Position numbers and translations under genes: made by a program. Below are positions 1-8,909 of a stretch of 42,801 nt of DNA, in pieces. The notes under the pieces are model-generated. The model ran no database searches, was not told the origin of the DNA, and saw only the letters and a list, made by a program, of their open reading frames with translations. The stretch spans positions 1 to 42,801 of the forward strand of contig DATDXW010000039.1 of the NCBI GenBank assembly GCA_035289125.1, written 5' to 3'. Source of the DNA: an archaeon (GTDB lineage Archaea > Aenigmatarchaeota > Aenigmatarchaeia > GW2011-AR5). Positions within the stretch are counted from its first letter, which is position 1. Each line of letters starts with the position of its first letter.

Positions 1-123
1 TACATGATTATCTTTCGTTCTGAAATATGGTTCTATATGATCTACTTCCAGTACTACTTCCGGGGCTTTCCGACCGCAATACTGGCACGTAAAGTTATCT
101 CTTTTTAGTATCTCAAACCTCAT
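1..123 (-). CDS. HNH endonuclease, N-terminal part only (gene runs off the window edge)
   Basis: Not in the ORF track because it is partial. ATG at 123-121 on the minus strand. My translation is MRFEILKRDNFTCQYCGRKAPEVVLEVDHIEPYFRTKDNHV. It has CxxC followed by a DH dyad, as in HNH/McrA-like nucleases. Confidence 0.6.
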   Translation of the reverse strand, partial: MRFEILKRDNFTCQYCGRKAPEVVLEVDHIEPYFRTKDNHV

Positions 124-142
124 TTTAGGTGAAACGGGAAGC

Positions 143-472
143 TCACGTTTTATTACTTTTCTCTTCATCCATGGCCGTACTAATTGTCTTATCTTTTTCC
201 TTGTAGAAAATCGACATACGAGGTTCTATTCGTACCAATTCGTTGGACGCTCGTTTGTTTTTCCTCAAATGTTCCAATATATCTTCTTTGTTTTTGTATT
301 CCTCGTCACAACCAGGACATAAGGGGAATCCTCCATCAGAAATCTCTAACTTCAAAGGACTTTCCAAGAGTTCCTTTTTGTAATCATTGAGTTCCTTTAA
401 TAGTCTTTTAGCTTTAATCATTTGCAACCTATCTTCTTTTGTTTTATCGGGGTCAGACTTCCAAAACAGCAT
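143..472 (-). CDS. Hypothetical Lys/Glu-rich protein with a CPGC motif, immediately upstream of the HNH gene
   Basis: 109-aa ORF ending 20 nt before the HNH start on the same strand. Visibly AT-rich. No family recognised. Confidence 0.45.
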   Translation of the reverse strand: MLFWKSDPDKTKEDRLQMIKAKRLLKELNDYKKELLESPLKLEISDGGFPLCPGCDEEYKNKEDILEHLRKNKRASNELVRIEPRMSIFYKEKDKTISTAMDEEKSNKT

Positions 473-493
473 AAAGTATCACAACACTTTTAA

Positions 494-1504
494 TCAGATT
501 ATCCCCGTCGTCCTCAGCACGTCTTCCGCCTTCTTCGCATCAAGCTTCACTTCGTTAAGTATCGTATATCTGTCGCGCGCGTCCTTCGCCGTTATCATCG
601 CCTTTATCATGATTTTCTTTGATATTCCAATGGCGCCCAGCGTGACAGGCAGCGCGAAGCTTTCACACAGTTTCTTTATTCTCGCCCAGTCGCCCCCCTG
701 CAAATAAGACGTGACAATGGAAGCGAGCGCGACCTGCTCGCCGTGCAACGCTCCCGCGCCCAGCGCATCCAACGCATGGGAAATGTTATGCTCGCTTCCA
801 GAACACGGACGAGACGAGCCATAGACGTTCATCGCGAAGCCCGAGCTTATCAGCGCCCAGAGAAGCATCTCCGCGCCGTGATCCGTCATATTCCTTATGT
901 CCGATATGTTTTCTTCCACCGCCTTCACGGAAAGCAACGAAAGTTCCGCCATCACCGTATGGTATTTCTCTTTCCCGGCTTTGTCGGCTATCCGCCAGTC
1001 TTCCACCGCCGAAATATTGGATATTACGTCTCCGGCTCCCGATGCATTGTTCCTGTAAGGCGCTTTCTTTATCACGTCCAAATCCGCAACTATCGCCGCC
1101 GGCTCGACCGCCTCAACACTCGCTTTCACGCCGTTCGAGTCAAGCGACGCGCGCGAAGAAACAACACCGTCGTGGCTCAACACTGTGGGAAATGCAATCC
1201 ACGGCTTCTTTGCAATAAAAGCCGGATATTTTGCCGCGTCTATTGCGCGCCCGCCTCCCATGCCTATCACGAAGTCGTAACTTTCAAGCGTCTTAGCTAT
1301 CTCTTCCAGCCGCTTCTTCTCCATCGAATCCGGCGTTATGAACGAGATGTCGAAACGCGAAAGCGCCCTTTCCACGTTAACAATTTTTCGTATGCCTGGA
1401 TCGGTGATTATCACGCACCTTTTGCCAAATCCTTCCAATAGCGACGGCAATTCTTTGGCTATGCCCTTGCCGATGAGCACACTTGACGGAAATCTCTTTA
1501 TCAT
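494..1504 (-). CDS. egsA: Glycerol-1-phosphate dehydrogenase [NAD(P)+] (archaeal lipid backbone synthesis)
   Basis: 336 aa. Iron-ADH/DHQS-like motifs GMGGGRAIDAAKY, SGSEHNISHALD and HGEQVALASI. Size and motifs match archaeal G1PDH. Confidence 0.85.
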   Translation of the reverse strand: MIKRFPSSVLIGKGIAKELPSLLEGFGKRCVIITDPGIRKIVNVERALSRFDISFITPDSMEKKRLEEIAKTLESYDFVIGMGGGRAIDAAKYPAFIAKKPWIAFPTVLSHDGVVSSRASLDSNGVKASVEAVEPAAIVADLDVIKKAPYRNNASGAGDVISNISAVEDWRIADKAGKEKYHTVMAELSLLSVKAVEENISDIRNMTDHGAEMLLWALISSGFAMNVYGSSRPCSGSEHNISHALDALGAGALHGEQVALASIVTSYLQGGDWARIKKLCESFALPVTLGAIGISKKIMIKAMITAKDARDRYTILNEVKLDAKKAEDVLRTTGII

Positions 1505-2298
1505 AATGCCCCTCCCAGTACTGCAACGATAACGTTCCCGTAAACCGCCGTCATTATCAGGGTTATGGGATAAACAGGAACGAACCGCACGCCTTCCTTT
1601 ATTATGACTTTTTTCTTTTTCCTCTTTATATCCGCCACTTCTTCTTTAGTCATCCCCCGCCACACCATGTCATCCAGCACATCCCCTTCCCTTAGCTGCG
1701 CGGAGCTTATCTCTTTCCTGAAGACATGCTTTTCTATCACGAGCGCATATCGCCAGAATACTGCAAGCAAGGACGTGATTGCGAAAACCGAAAAGGCGTA
1801 TTCTGGCGTTATTCCAAGGGACAATGAAACGACGAGTAACACGCCCACAAGTCCGACAACCCAGTGAAACGCCTTGTTATCCTTCGCGTCTTTTACCAAC
1901 AACGAAAAAACTTCCGGGTTCATCGCGCCGAGCGCTAACGAGTAGACTATCATATACGCCGAGCTCACGATGCTGAAATTAACCGCGTAATCAAAGAGTA
2001 TAGGCGCGTTGCCCAGCACAGGAACCATGAACAGTATCGAAGCCGGCACCCACGCGTCCGCCTCGCCCCACTTGCCTGCTCTGTACAGCAGCAAACCGGG
2101 CACAAGAAAAGCAAGTCCGGAAAGCAGCGACAGCACGAAAGGCGCGATGCTTTCCGCAAACAGCGACGCAACAAACCAGTAAAACAATCCGAAAGCGCTC
2201 ATCGCCACCGGAAGCTCATCCGGCACTTCCGTCGTTTTCAGGTCCCATAGTCCTGCTATCGCCGAGCCGGCTGCGGCAAGGGGGAAAAGAATGTTCAT
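1501..2298 (-). CDS. A24-family prepilin/preflagellin peptidase-like membrane protein
   Basis: 265-aa polytopic membrane ORF. Two candidate catalytic Asp motifs: WDLKTTEVPDE near the N-terminus and GKWGEADAW (GxGD-like). It overlaps the egsA start by 4 nt. The window contains many class III signal peptide substrates. Confidence 0.6.
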   Translation of the reverse strand: MNILFPLAAAGSAIAGLWDLKTTEVPDELPVAMSAFGLFYWFVASLFAESIAPFVLSLLSGLAFLVPGLLLYRAGKWGEADAWVPASILFMVPVLGNAPILFDYAVNFSIVSSAYMIVYSLALGAMNPEVFSLLVKDAKDNKAFHWVVGLVGVLLVVSLSLGITPEYAFSVFAITSLLAVFWRYALVIEKHVFRKEISSAQLREGDVLDDMVWRGMTKEEVADIKRKKKKVIIKEGVRFVPVYPITLIMTAVYGNVIVAVLGGAL

Positions 2299-2372
2299 TA
2301 AGATAACTTCTGCAATGCGTTTATATATATTTCCGATTCATTTACTATAAGTTATAGCAATTAGGTGTTGGA

Positions 2373-3080
2373 ATGATACCAAAACATGTGGGAGTAATTA
2401 TTGACGGCAACAGACGCTTCGCGAAACAGCTCATGAAAAAACCGTGGGAAGGCCACTTTTACGGGCTTGAGAAGAGCCGCGAATTTCTTGAGTGGGCATG
2501 CCAGAACAGCATAAAGCATCTCACGGCGTACACGCTTTCGCTGGAAAATATGAAGAGCCGCCCGAAGCGCGAGCTGGCGTTTATATTGAAGTGCCTTAAG
2601 GACGAGATGAACGCTGTATTGAAAGAGAAGACGCATCCCTCGCACCGCTACGGAATACGGATACGGTTCATAGGCCGACGGAACGTCCTACCGGACGACG
2701 TGCAGCGCCTCATGTCAGCAGTAGAGAAAGCCACGTCCGGATATTCAAAGCACGTTCTGAACTTGGCGGTCGCCTACGGCGGGCAGCAAGAAATAGTGGA
2801 CGCAATAAAAGAGATAGCCGCGAAGTGCATGAAGGGCATTCTATCGCCCGCCCAACTGGACGAGGCGCTGGTGAAAGAACATCTCTACACCAACGGCTCG
2901 CCCTATCCTGACATGATAATCCGCTCCGGCGGCGAGAAGCGGCTCAGCAATTTCCTTCCGTTCCAGTCCGCCTATTCCGAGCTTGTCTTTACGGACAAGA
3001 AATGGCCCGAGCTGACGAAGGAGGATTTCAAGGGCTTTCTCCGCGAGTTTGAGCAGAGGCAAAGGCGGTTCGGGAAGTAA
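2373..3080 (+). CDS. uppS: cis-prenyltransferase (undecaprenyl diphosphate synthase family)
   Basis: 235 aa. N-terminal GVIIDGNRRFA motif and C-terminal RSGGEKRLSNFLPFQSAYSEL and EFEQRQRRFG are typical of UPP synthases. Confidence 0.9.
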   Translation: MIPKHVGVIIDGNRRFAKQLMKKPWEGHFYGLEKSREFLEWACQNSIKHLTAYTLSLENMKSRPKRELAFILKCLKDEMNAVLKEKTHPSHRYGIRIRFIGRRNVLPDDVQRLMSAVEKATSGYSKHVLNLAVAYGGQQEIVDAIKEIAAKCMKGILSPAQLDEALVKEHLYTNGSPYPDMIIRSGGEKRLSNFLPFQSAYSELVFTDKKWPELTKEDFKGFLREFEQRQRRFGK

Positions 3081-3123
3081 TTGCCAAATGGCGCATAGCT
3101 TGCTTATTTTTCTGTATAGACTT

Positions 3124-3372
3124 TGTAAACTGCCCGCTAGTGAAGGACGCAAAGGAACTGGACAGCGAAGCTGTCATGCAGCATCGTGCGTCAGTTGCTC
3201 GTGACGCGCGGCAAAAGCGAAGCTGTCATGCAGTCGCGTCATTGCAAGAAGCATTACGAAAATAGTAGGAAAAGACTTTCCGCGCGTGATTCAATTTTTA
3301 GCAGGGCGTGCTCGTTTTCGCCTTTACCTACCGCGGTATCCATGCCGCCCAGTCTGGATTTGATAGTGTAAA
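3124..3372. repeat. Degenerate copy of the MITE-like intergenic repeat family, carrying an inverted copy of the 40-nt gcaacttgacgcac core module
   Basis: The 5' end tgtaaactgcccgc resembles gtaaactacccgcc at 32875 and 34513. 3165-3204 is the reverse complement of 32888-32927 with about 4 differences. agcgaagctgtcatgcag is repeated at 3164 and 3216. A half palindrome aaagactttcc lies at 3276. The 3' end is gtgtaaaag. Confidence 0.5.
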
Positions 3373-3530
3373 AGCTCTTTGCCAGCATCCAGATATTCCG
3401 TTACATGAACCGCCATCTTCATCTCATTTGCAGCATCGCCCGGAACGTATTCTTCCATAAAGCGGATACAGGCACGAAGAGCATTCTCTTGGCGCTGGGC
3501 GGCGCGCATCGTTTCCGTGACAACAACCAT
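3324..3530 (-). CDS. Possible small hypothetical protein (68 aa)
   Basis: ORF with tatataaaa about 35 nt upstream on the minus strand. Its 3' end overlaps the repeat element. No family recognised. Confidence 0.25.
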   Translation of the reverse strand: MVVVTETMRAAQRQENALRACIRFMEEYVPGDAANEMKMAVHVTEYLDAGKELLHYQIQTGRHGYRGR

Positions 3531-3562
3531 AATCTTATTTCACGTCAATCTATTAAAAATCA

Positions 3563-3571
3563 TTTTATATA
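3563..3571 (+). promoter_or_regulatory. TATA-box-like element for trmI (could also serve the divergent small ORF)
   Basis: ttttatata lies about 25 nt upstream of the ATG at 3593. That spacing fits an archaeal promoter with a short or absent leader. Confidence 0.4.
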
Positions 3572-3592
3572 CCCTCCCGCGCATTTTTCCTT

Positions 3593-4312
3593 ATGATGGT
3601 TCTGCTTGCGGGAAAAAGAAGGATATTGATAGACACCTCCGCAAAGAGCGTGAACACGGACTTCGGAAAAATAAACTTGACGAAAATAAAGAAATACGGG
3701 CAGAAGATAAAATCGTCAACCGGCGATTCATTCGTCGCGCTCAAGCCTTCGTTTGTGGACTTACTGAAGAAAGCCAAGCGGGGACCGCAGGTAGTAACGC
3801 CAAAGGACGCGGCGCAAATCGTCGCGCTTACGGGCGCCGAGTCGGGCTGGAACTGCCTTGATGCCGGAGGCGGTTCGGGCTTTCTTTCGCTGTTCATCGC
3901 GAACATCGTGAAGCCGGGCGCCGTTACAACGTATGAAAGAACGAAAGAGTCAGCTGAAAAAATAAGGGGCAACGCGAAGCTTTTCGGCTTGAACAACATA
4001 ACCGTGAAAAACAAGGACGTGCTGAAGGGCTTCAACGAGAAGAATCTTGATTTGATAACTCTCGACATGCTCGGCGCGGAGAAAATGGTGAAGCCGTGCC
4101 ATCGCGCCTTGAAGGAAGGCGGATGGCTTTCCATCTACAGCCCGCACATTGAGCAGCAGCTCCGCTGCATAAAAGAGATGGACAATCTGAAAATGGAACA
4201 CGCAACGGTGGAGAACACGCGCCGCTTCTGGAAATCCGAAGCCGGCTTCACGCATCCCTTCCACACGCAACTGGCGCACACCGGCTTTATAACGGTGGCG
4301 CGGAAAATCTGA
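3593..4312 (+). CDS. trmI: tRNA (adenine-N1)-methyltransferase, Trm61/TrmI (GCD14) family
   Basis: 239 aa. RGPQVVTPKDAAQIV followed by the SAM motif LDAGGGSGFLSLFIA matches the TrmI architecture. Confidence 0.8.
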   Translation: MMVLLAGKRRILIDTSAKSVNTDFGKINLTKIKKYGQKIKSSTGDSFVALKPSFVDLLKKAKRGPQVVTPKDAAQIVALTGAESGWNCLDAGGGSGFLSLFIANIVKPGAVTTYERTKESAEKIRGNAKLFGLNNITVKNKDVLKGFNEKNLDLITLDMLGAEKMVKPCHRALKEGGWLSIYSPHIEQQLRCIKEMDNLKMEHATVENTRRFWKSEAGFTHPFHTQLAHTGFITVARKI

Positions 4313-5521
4313 GTGATTGACATGATTCAGGAAAAAGCGGAGAAGATACTGAAGCAGCCTGTGTGCGACAATTGCCTGGGGCGCCAGTTCTCCCGCTTGC
4401 TGAGCGGCTATACGAACGAAGAGCGGGGAAAAGCGATAAGAAACGCCATTGCCATGGACGTTGACGCTGCCACGTCCTTCGGCGAAATGGATGCGTCCAA
4501 CTTTTCCTCGTGCGGGATGAGAAACGTAAAAGCTCCTGCGGAGAAAGAATGCTCAATATGCAAAAACGTTTTTGCCCGTCTTGGAAGTTACGCGAAAGCC
4601 GCCGTCACGAAGGCAAAGCACATAGAATATTCCACGTTCCTCGTTGGCACCCGCCCTTCTTCCGAACTTGTGTATGGTGAAGAGGCGCTCTGGGAAAACG
4701 TGGGCATAGATTTCTGCGAGCCGATAAAAGGCGAGATAAACAGGGAAACGGGGAAAAAAATAGAAAAGCTTTCCGGCAAAAAATTCTCGCCGAAAGGCGA
4801 CGTGATTTTTCTCATAGACATGGACTCAGGCAAGGTCGAAGTGTCAATAGCGCCCGTTTTCATATATGGCGAGTACCAGAAGTTAAAGCGCGGCATCCCG
4901 CAGACCAAGTGGCCCTCAGGCAAATACAAGACTTCGGTTGAACAGATAATCGCCAAGCCGTATATGGCTGCGACGCGCGCTGAAGCGCATAAACTGCATG
5001 GCGCAGGGCGCGAAGATATAGACGCGCGTTGCCTGGCGTGGCGCCCCTTCGTGCTTGAGCTACTGGGCGCAAAGAAGCGCGCCATTGATATAGCGAAGCT
5101 GGCAAAAAAAATCGGGAAAGAAGTGCGTGTGAGAAACCTGCGGCTCTCAAATATCGTTGAAGTCCGTTCAATCAAGGACGCGAGATACGACAAGACTTAC
5201 CGGGCGAAAGTGAAGTGCGGACCTGTGAAACGCGCGGCGCTGAAAAAACTTTCCGTGCTCTCGGCAATAGCGCAAAAAACGCCGAAGCGCGTCCTTCATA
5301 GGCGCGCGGACTTGACGAGGAAGAGGCTCGTTAAAAGCGTGAAAACGCGCTTCATAAACTCAACGGCATTTGAGCTTATCGTGCGTGGAGAAAGCGGGCT
5401 CTATATAAAAGAGCTTATCTCCGGAGACAACGGTAGGACAACGCCTTCCGTTTCCGAACTGCTCGGCGTGCCGTGCAAGTGTGCAGAATTAGACGTAATA
5501 GACATCCACGTGAAAAAATGA
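4313..5521 (+). CDS. pus10: tRNA pseudouridine synthase Pus10 (psi54/55)
   Basis: 402 aa. N-terminal zinc ribbon CDNCLGRQF...CSIC. Catalytic region GAGREDIDARCLAWRPFVLEL. C-terminal YIKELISGDNGRTTPS. Start is GTG 4313 or ATG 4322. Confidence 0.9.
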   Translation: MIDMIQEKAEKILKQPVCDNCLGRQFSRLLSGYTNEERGKAIRNAIAMDVDAATSFGEMDASNFSSCGMRNVKAPAEKECSICKNVFARLGSYAKAAVTKAKHIEYSTFLVGTRPSSELVYGEEALWENVGIDFCEPIKGEINRETGKKIEKLSGKKFSPKGDVIFLIDMDSGKVEVSIAPVFIYGEYQKLKRGIPQTKWPSGKYKTSVEQIIAKPYMAATRAEAHKLHGAGREDIDARCLAWRPFVLELLGAKKRAIDIAKLAKKIGKEVRVRNLRLSNIVEVRSIKDARYDKTYRAKVKCGPVKRAALKKLSVLSAIAQKTPKRVLHRRADLTRKRLVKSVKTRFINSTAFELIVRGESGLYIKELISGDNGRTTPSVSELLGVPCKCAELDVIDIHVKK

Positions 5522-5623
5522 AGTTCTAATAGTAAAGAACATTAATTTTGGAACATTTGATATGTTCTTTACATATAGTAAGTTGCAGCTAAATGTTCCA
5601 TTATCATTGCAATTTACTATAAG

Positions 5624-6763
5624 TCAGCATTGCGGGCGTGCCGTGTAAACGCCCTGCGCGTCGGCGCACTGCGTCGTGACTCGTACAGATGAAAAGTCTG
5701 ACGGGCATGAAAGCACGCCTTTCCCGTCGTCAAATTTCCAGTATCCAACAAGGTCGTTGGTATTCGGAACCGCAAATGCGCCCATGTTCATGCTGTCGTT
5801 TATCTCGTTGCCTCCGAGCGAGCGATTCCACACCTGCACTTCGTCTATCGTGCCGTTGTAATATCCACTGACAGCATCTCTCAGCTTGCCTATATTGAGA
5901 TCGAGTGCCGACACAAGCAGGTCCCCGTTGCTGGGAATCCATGAAGAGGAGTTCTTTACTGTTCCGTCAACGTAAAGCATTGTGGAGTTCCCTGATTTGG
6001 AGCCTGTGCATGCCACATAATACCATATTCCCGGCTGGGCCTCCTTATCAAAACTCTGGATATACGTGCTGGCATCGGCAAATTCGCATCCCCAACCAAA
6101 CAATGCGTCTCCCCCGCCTAGAGATATCGCGTAAGGAGGCACACTGAGAGATGCATCAAATTTCTGTACGACTCTATACCATGTCACAGTTTTATTCGCT
6201 TTCAGCCATGCCGCTACTGTTATCTCTCGGAGTATGTTGAGAGCTGAACTGGTCGGGACCCTCACATAATCATCCACGCCGTCAAACGACATGGCACCCC
6301 CTTTCTTGCCGCTGAGCAGGTAAGCGCATGTCTGATTTCCTGCGCTCATGCCATAGCATATTCCATTGTTGATTCGCAACGAAGAATCCGCCGTGCCGTT
6401 CGTGTTGTACGGCATCTTGAACGTAAGCGTTCCCATTTGCCCAACGTTCAGCGTAAGCGTGTTGTTTGCCGAAAAATTGTTGCCCAGCCTGTCGTAAAGC
6501 TGCCCGCTCGTCACTGCGAGATTGTCCACGTTGCCGCTGTTCTGAACGATAACAGACGCCGTGCCGTTGTTTCCGGCGCCGATGAAAACGTTATTAATTG
6601 TTATCGCCGAAGAAGAGCACGATAGGGCGGAAGCCGTCCTATTGGACACTTCGTTTTGCGACGAAGAGAAAGTAGACGTCGTCCATCCGGAAACGATAGA
6701 AGCGACAGTAACGGTTATCGCTATCAGCAGAATCGAAGCGAGCAACGGAGATATTCCTTTCAT
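5624..6763 (-). CDS. Type IV pilin-like protein with class III signal peptide and an internal LamG (concanavalin-like) domain
   Basis: Likely start is MKG/ISPLLASILLIAITVTVA at 6763; the ORF track start at 6829 is an in-frame leader. LamG_3 signature: MSFDGVDDYVRVP...LYVDG...YNGTIDEVQVWNRSL. The C-terminus keeps the Cys-x(n)-Cys tail shared with the short pilins. Confidence 0.8.
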   Translation of the reverse strand: MKGISPLLASILLIAITVTVASIVSGWTTSTFSSSQNEVSNRTASALSCSSSAITINNVFIGAGNNGTASVIVQNSGNVDNLAVTSGQLYDRLGNNFSANNTLTLNVGQMGTLTFKMPYNTNGTADSSLRINNGICYGMSAGNQTCAYLLSGKKGGAMSFDGVDDYVRVPTSSALNILREITVAAWLKANKTVTWYRVVQKFDASLSVPPYAISLGGGDALFGWGCEFADASTYIQSFDKEAQPGIWYYVACTGSKSGNSTMLYVDGTVKNSSSWIPSNGDLLVSALDLNIGKLRDAVSGYYNGTIDEVQVWNRSLGGNEINDSMNMGAFAVPNTNDLVGYWKFDDGKGVLSCPSDFSSVRVTTQCADAQGVYTARPQC

Positions 6764-6764
6764 A

Positions 6765-6830
6765 TCCCCTTGTTCACTTCGGCAACTTGACGCACTTCGT
6801 GCGTCTGACAGCATCCAAGCCGATGCCATG
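6765..6830. repeat. Left arm of the 66-bp inverted repeat (5' leader of the LamG pilin gene)
   Basis: Reverse complement of 8192-8257, identical at 64 of 66 positions by hand alignment. Contains the SD-like aagggga directly 5' of the ATG at 6763. Confidence 0.9.
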
Positions 6831-6875
6831 TTCTATGTTTCATGCGGATATTTTCACGTCCTCGATTTAAGAGTC

Positions 6876-8114
6876 TTACAGCGCCCGCGCCGACGCACCG
6901 GCATGCCAACTCTGCCTCGGCTTAATCCTGATTTTGTATATCCGCTCCGAGTCGTCGTCCAAGATTATAGCCGAGCCTTTCAGCTTCGGCAGTTCGTTTA
7001 TGTATTTTGCGATGTTAAAGAGAACGTAAGTCTGCATTATTGACTTCAGCGAATCCACGTCATTTTCAGCCGTAAGTCTGTGTGAAATGATGATGTCGCA
7101 TTGCGACAGCGCATCGGGATGCAGTTTCATCGGCCGTTGCGTGGCAAGAACCAGCGAGATACCGGGTTGTCGCCCTTCCTTCACTATCTTGCTTAATATC
7201 TCGGACGATGGACTCGACGCATCGGACGGCAAAAAGTTATGCGCCTCGTCTATGAAAATCCATGGAAGCGGCACGCCCGAGCCTTCGGAAAACTCCATCT
7301 CCCCTATCTCCTCGCGCCTGCGCGCCGCCGTTCTTTCCGCGAATATCTTTCGCGCGATGACCGCCACGAGTAGCGAGCGCACGTTCTGCGACGTAAGACT
7401 GAAGTCAAGCACGGAAAGCTTGCCGGGCGCAAGAAACGGCGGCATGCCTGCATTGCCGAATATGCCCCACGCCTTGGCATTCTCCAGCATGCCTTCCAGG
7501 GCAATCTTCTCGTGCTCAAACCCGCGCTCTTCGCGGAGCGCCCGTATAATATCGTCTATGCTGAACGGGTTGCTCATTTTTCCTATGACTAACTGAAGCA
7601 GAGAACCTAAAGGAGACACGGGGGAAAGATTGAAAGTCGCCAGCCAGTCCTCCTGCGTCAGCTCCTGCGGCGCGAGCGAAAGCACTCCGTCATAGTCCAC
7701 CCCTGCGGCTGAAAAAGCCTTTGCCTGCCCTTCCGGCACGTATACGAAAGCCGGGAAGCCCCTGACGGTCTCGCCCCATTCATGGAGAAGCGCCGTTTCT
7801 TTTTCGTTCGGAGTCTTCATCGTCCAGAATACTCCCTGCGTATCGATTATTATCGTGCAGAGGCGGTCCTTTATTTCCCGGGGCGCGTTCTGCAAACCTT
7901 CGGCTATGGTTCCCATGCTGTACGACTTACCCTCGCCCCTCTTGCCGCAAATCGTTATCACATGCGGCCTCACTATATCAAGCATCACTGGCGTCGTGAG
8001 ATGTATATCCTCGCCTTCACCCGCAAGACTTTTGCCTATGTCTATGGCTCCTCTTGAGCCATACGTTTCTTTGTCCTTGATGTCCCTGCCGATTATCGTT
8101 TCCATAACGCCCAA
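6876..8114 (-). CDS. HerA/DUF87-like P-loop ATPase (FtsK-HerA superfamily)
   Basis: 412 aa. Walker A CGKRGEGKSYS, Walker B PWIFIDEAHNF, then LVLATQRP and IISHRL motifs typical of DUF87/HerA ATPases. No NurA or other nuclease partner is adjacent. Confidence 0.7.
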   Translation of the reverse strand: MGVMETIIGRDIKDKETYGSRGAIDIGKSLAGEGEDIHLTTPVMLDIVRPHVITICGKRGEGKSYSMGTIAEGLQNAPREIKDRLCTIIIDTQGVFWTMKTPNEKETALLHEWGETVRGFPAFVYVPEGQAKAFSAAGVDYDGVLSLAPQELTQEDWLATFNLSPVSPLGSLLQLVIGKMSNPFSIDDIIRALREERGFEHEKIALEGMLENAKAWGIFGNAGMPPFLAPGKLSVLDFSLTSQNVRSLLVAVIARKIFAERTAARRREEIGEMEFSEGSGVPLPWIFIDEAHNFLPSDASSPSSEILSKIVKEGRQPGISLVLATQRPMKLHPDALSQCDIIISHRLTAENDVDSLKSIMQTYVLFNIAKYINELPKLKGSAIILDDDSERIYKIRIKPRQSWHAGASARAL

Positions 8115-8191
8115 AAAATATTGTCTTCGTTATTATTTATCGCTCTGCCAACGTCATAGAGAAACAGTGATGGCTAGGATGAGCAGGATAA

Positions 8192-8257
8192 CATGGCATC
8201 GGCTTGGATGCTGTCATATGCACGAAGTGCGTCAAGTTGCCGAAGTGAACAAGGGGA
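8192..8257. repeat. Right arm of the 66-bp inverted repeat (orphan leader copy)
   Basis: See 6765-6830. This copy is followed by a stop after 24 codons (MASAWMLSYARSASSCRSEQGEKT*) and not by a pilin ORF. Confidence 0.9.
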
Positions 8258-8268
8258 GAAGACATAAT

Positions 8269-8304
8269 ATGGCATCGACTTGTGAACGAAGTGAACAAGG
8301 GGAT
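8269..8304 (+). repeat. Short deletion derivative of the same leader module
   Basis: atggcatcgacttgtgaacgaagtgaacaaggggat retains both ends of the 66-bp unit but lacks the roughly 40-nt gcaacttgacgcac core. Confidence 0.8.
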
Positions 8305-8313
8305 ATTGATATA

Positions 8314-8895
8314 TCATAATGCGGTGGTGGTTGCCAGTATGAGCAGGAAGCAGAGCACCCAGAATTTCGCGTCCCATGCGAAGACCTTGCTACCGTCCAG
8401 CGGCGGGAATGGTATCATGTTGAACAGAGCAAGCTGCAGATTCACCCGCGCTCCGATTGCCGCAACGTCGCCCAGATATCCACCCAGTAAAAAGAACGCC
8501 AGCGCAATGAAGACGTTGGAAGCCGGGCCCGCTATGGATATGATTCCGTTCATGCTCTTCGTTATCGCCTTTGTTCGCCCCCATATGTCAGCCCGCGATT
8601 GTATGTATACGGCGCCCGGCGCCGCAAATATCACGCCAAAGAGGGATAGCGCAAGCGCTGCCACTATTCCGGTATTCCACATCCTGTACTCCGCATAAGC
8701 CCCGTAGGCACGGGCAACGAACCGATGGCAAAGCTCATGCAGCACGAAACCCGATGACACAGAAGCAAGGAACATCCCGACCGCGTAAAGCGAGAGCCCA
8801 TCTATGCCCGAAAGCCCGCCGTTATCCGCCAGCGCAAAAGCCACTGCCAAAGCCACAGCCGAAACCACTATGTCCTGCGCTTCTTTGCGTTCCAC
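8314..8895 (-). CDS. Site-2 protease family (M50) membrane metalloprotease
   Basis: HELCHRFVARAYG (HExxH) and NMIPFPPLDGSKV motifs. I moved the start to the in-frame GTG at 8895, because the first 64 codons of the track ORF overlap the SRP RNA gene. Confidence 0.8.
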   Translation of the reverse strand: MERKEAQDIVVSAVALAVAFALADNGGLSGIDGLSLYAVGMFLASVSSGFVLHELCHRFVARAYGAYAEYRMWNTGIVAALALSLFGVIFAAPGAVYIQSRADIWGRTKAITKSMNGIISIAGPASNVFIALAFFLLGGYLGDVAAIGARVNLQLALFNMIPFPPLDGSKVFAWDAKFWVLCFLLILATTTAL

Positions 8896-8909
8896 TGAAT
8901 CACCATGAT

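Noticed and set aside
743-1441. 232-aa ORF antisense to egsA
   Set aside because: Arg-rich nonsense translation that lies entirely opposite a well-supported conserved gene.
6764-6829. The 22-codon in-frame extension (MASAWMLSDARSASSCRSEQGD) as the true N-terminus of the LamG pilin
   Set aside because: Class III signal peptides are normally short and begin close to the KG cleavage motif. The same sequence recurs as a non-coding repeat at 8192, where it ends in a stop. Translation from 6829 cannot be excluded.
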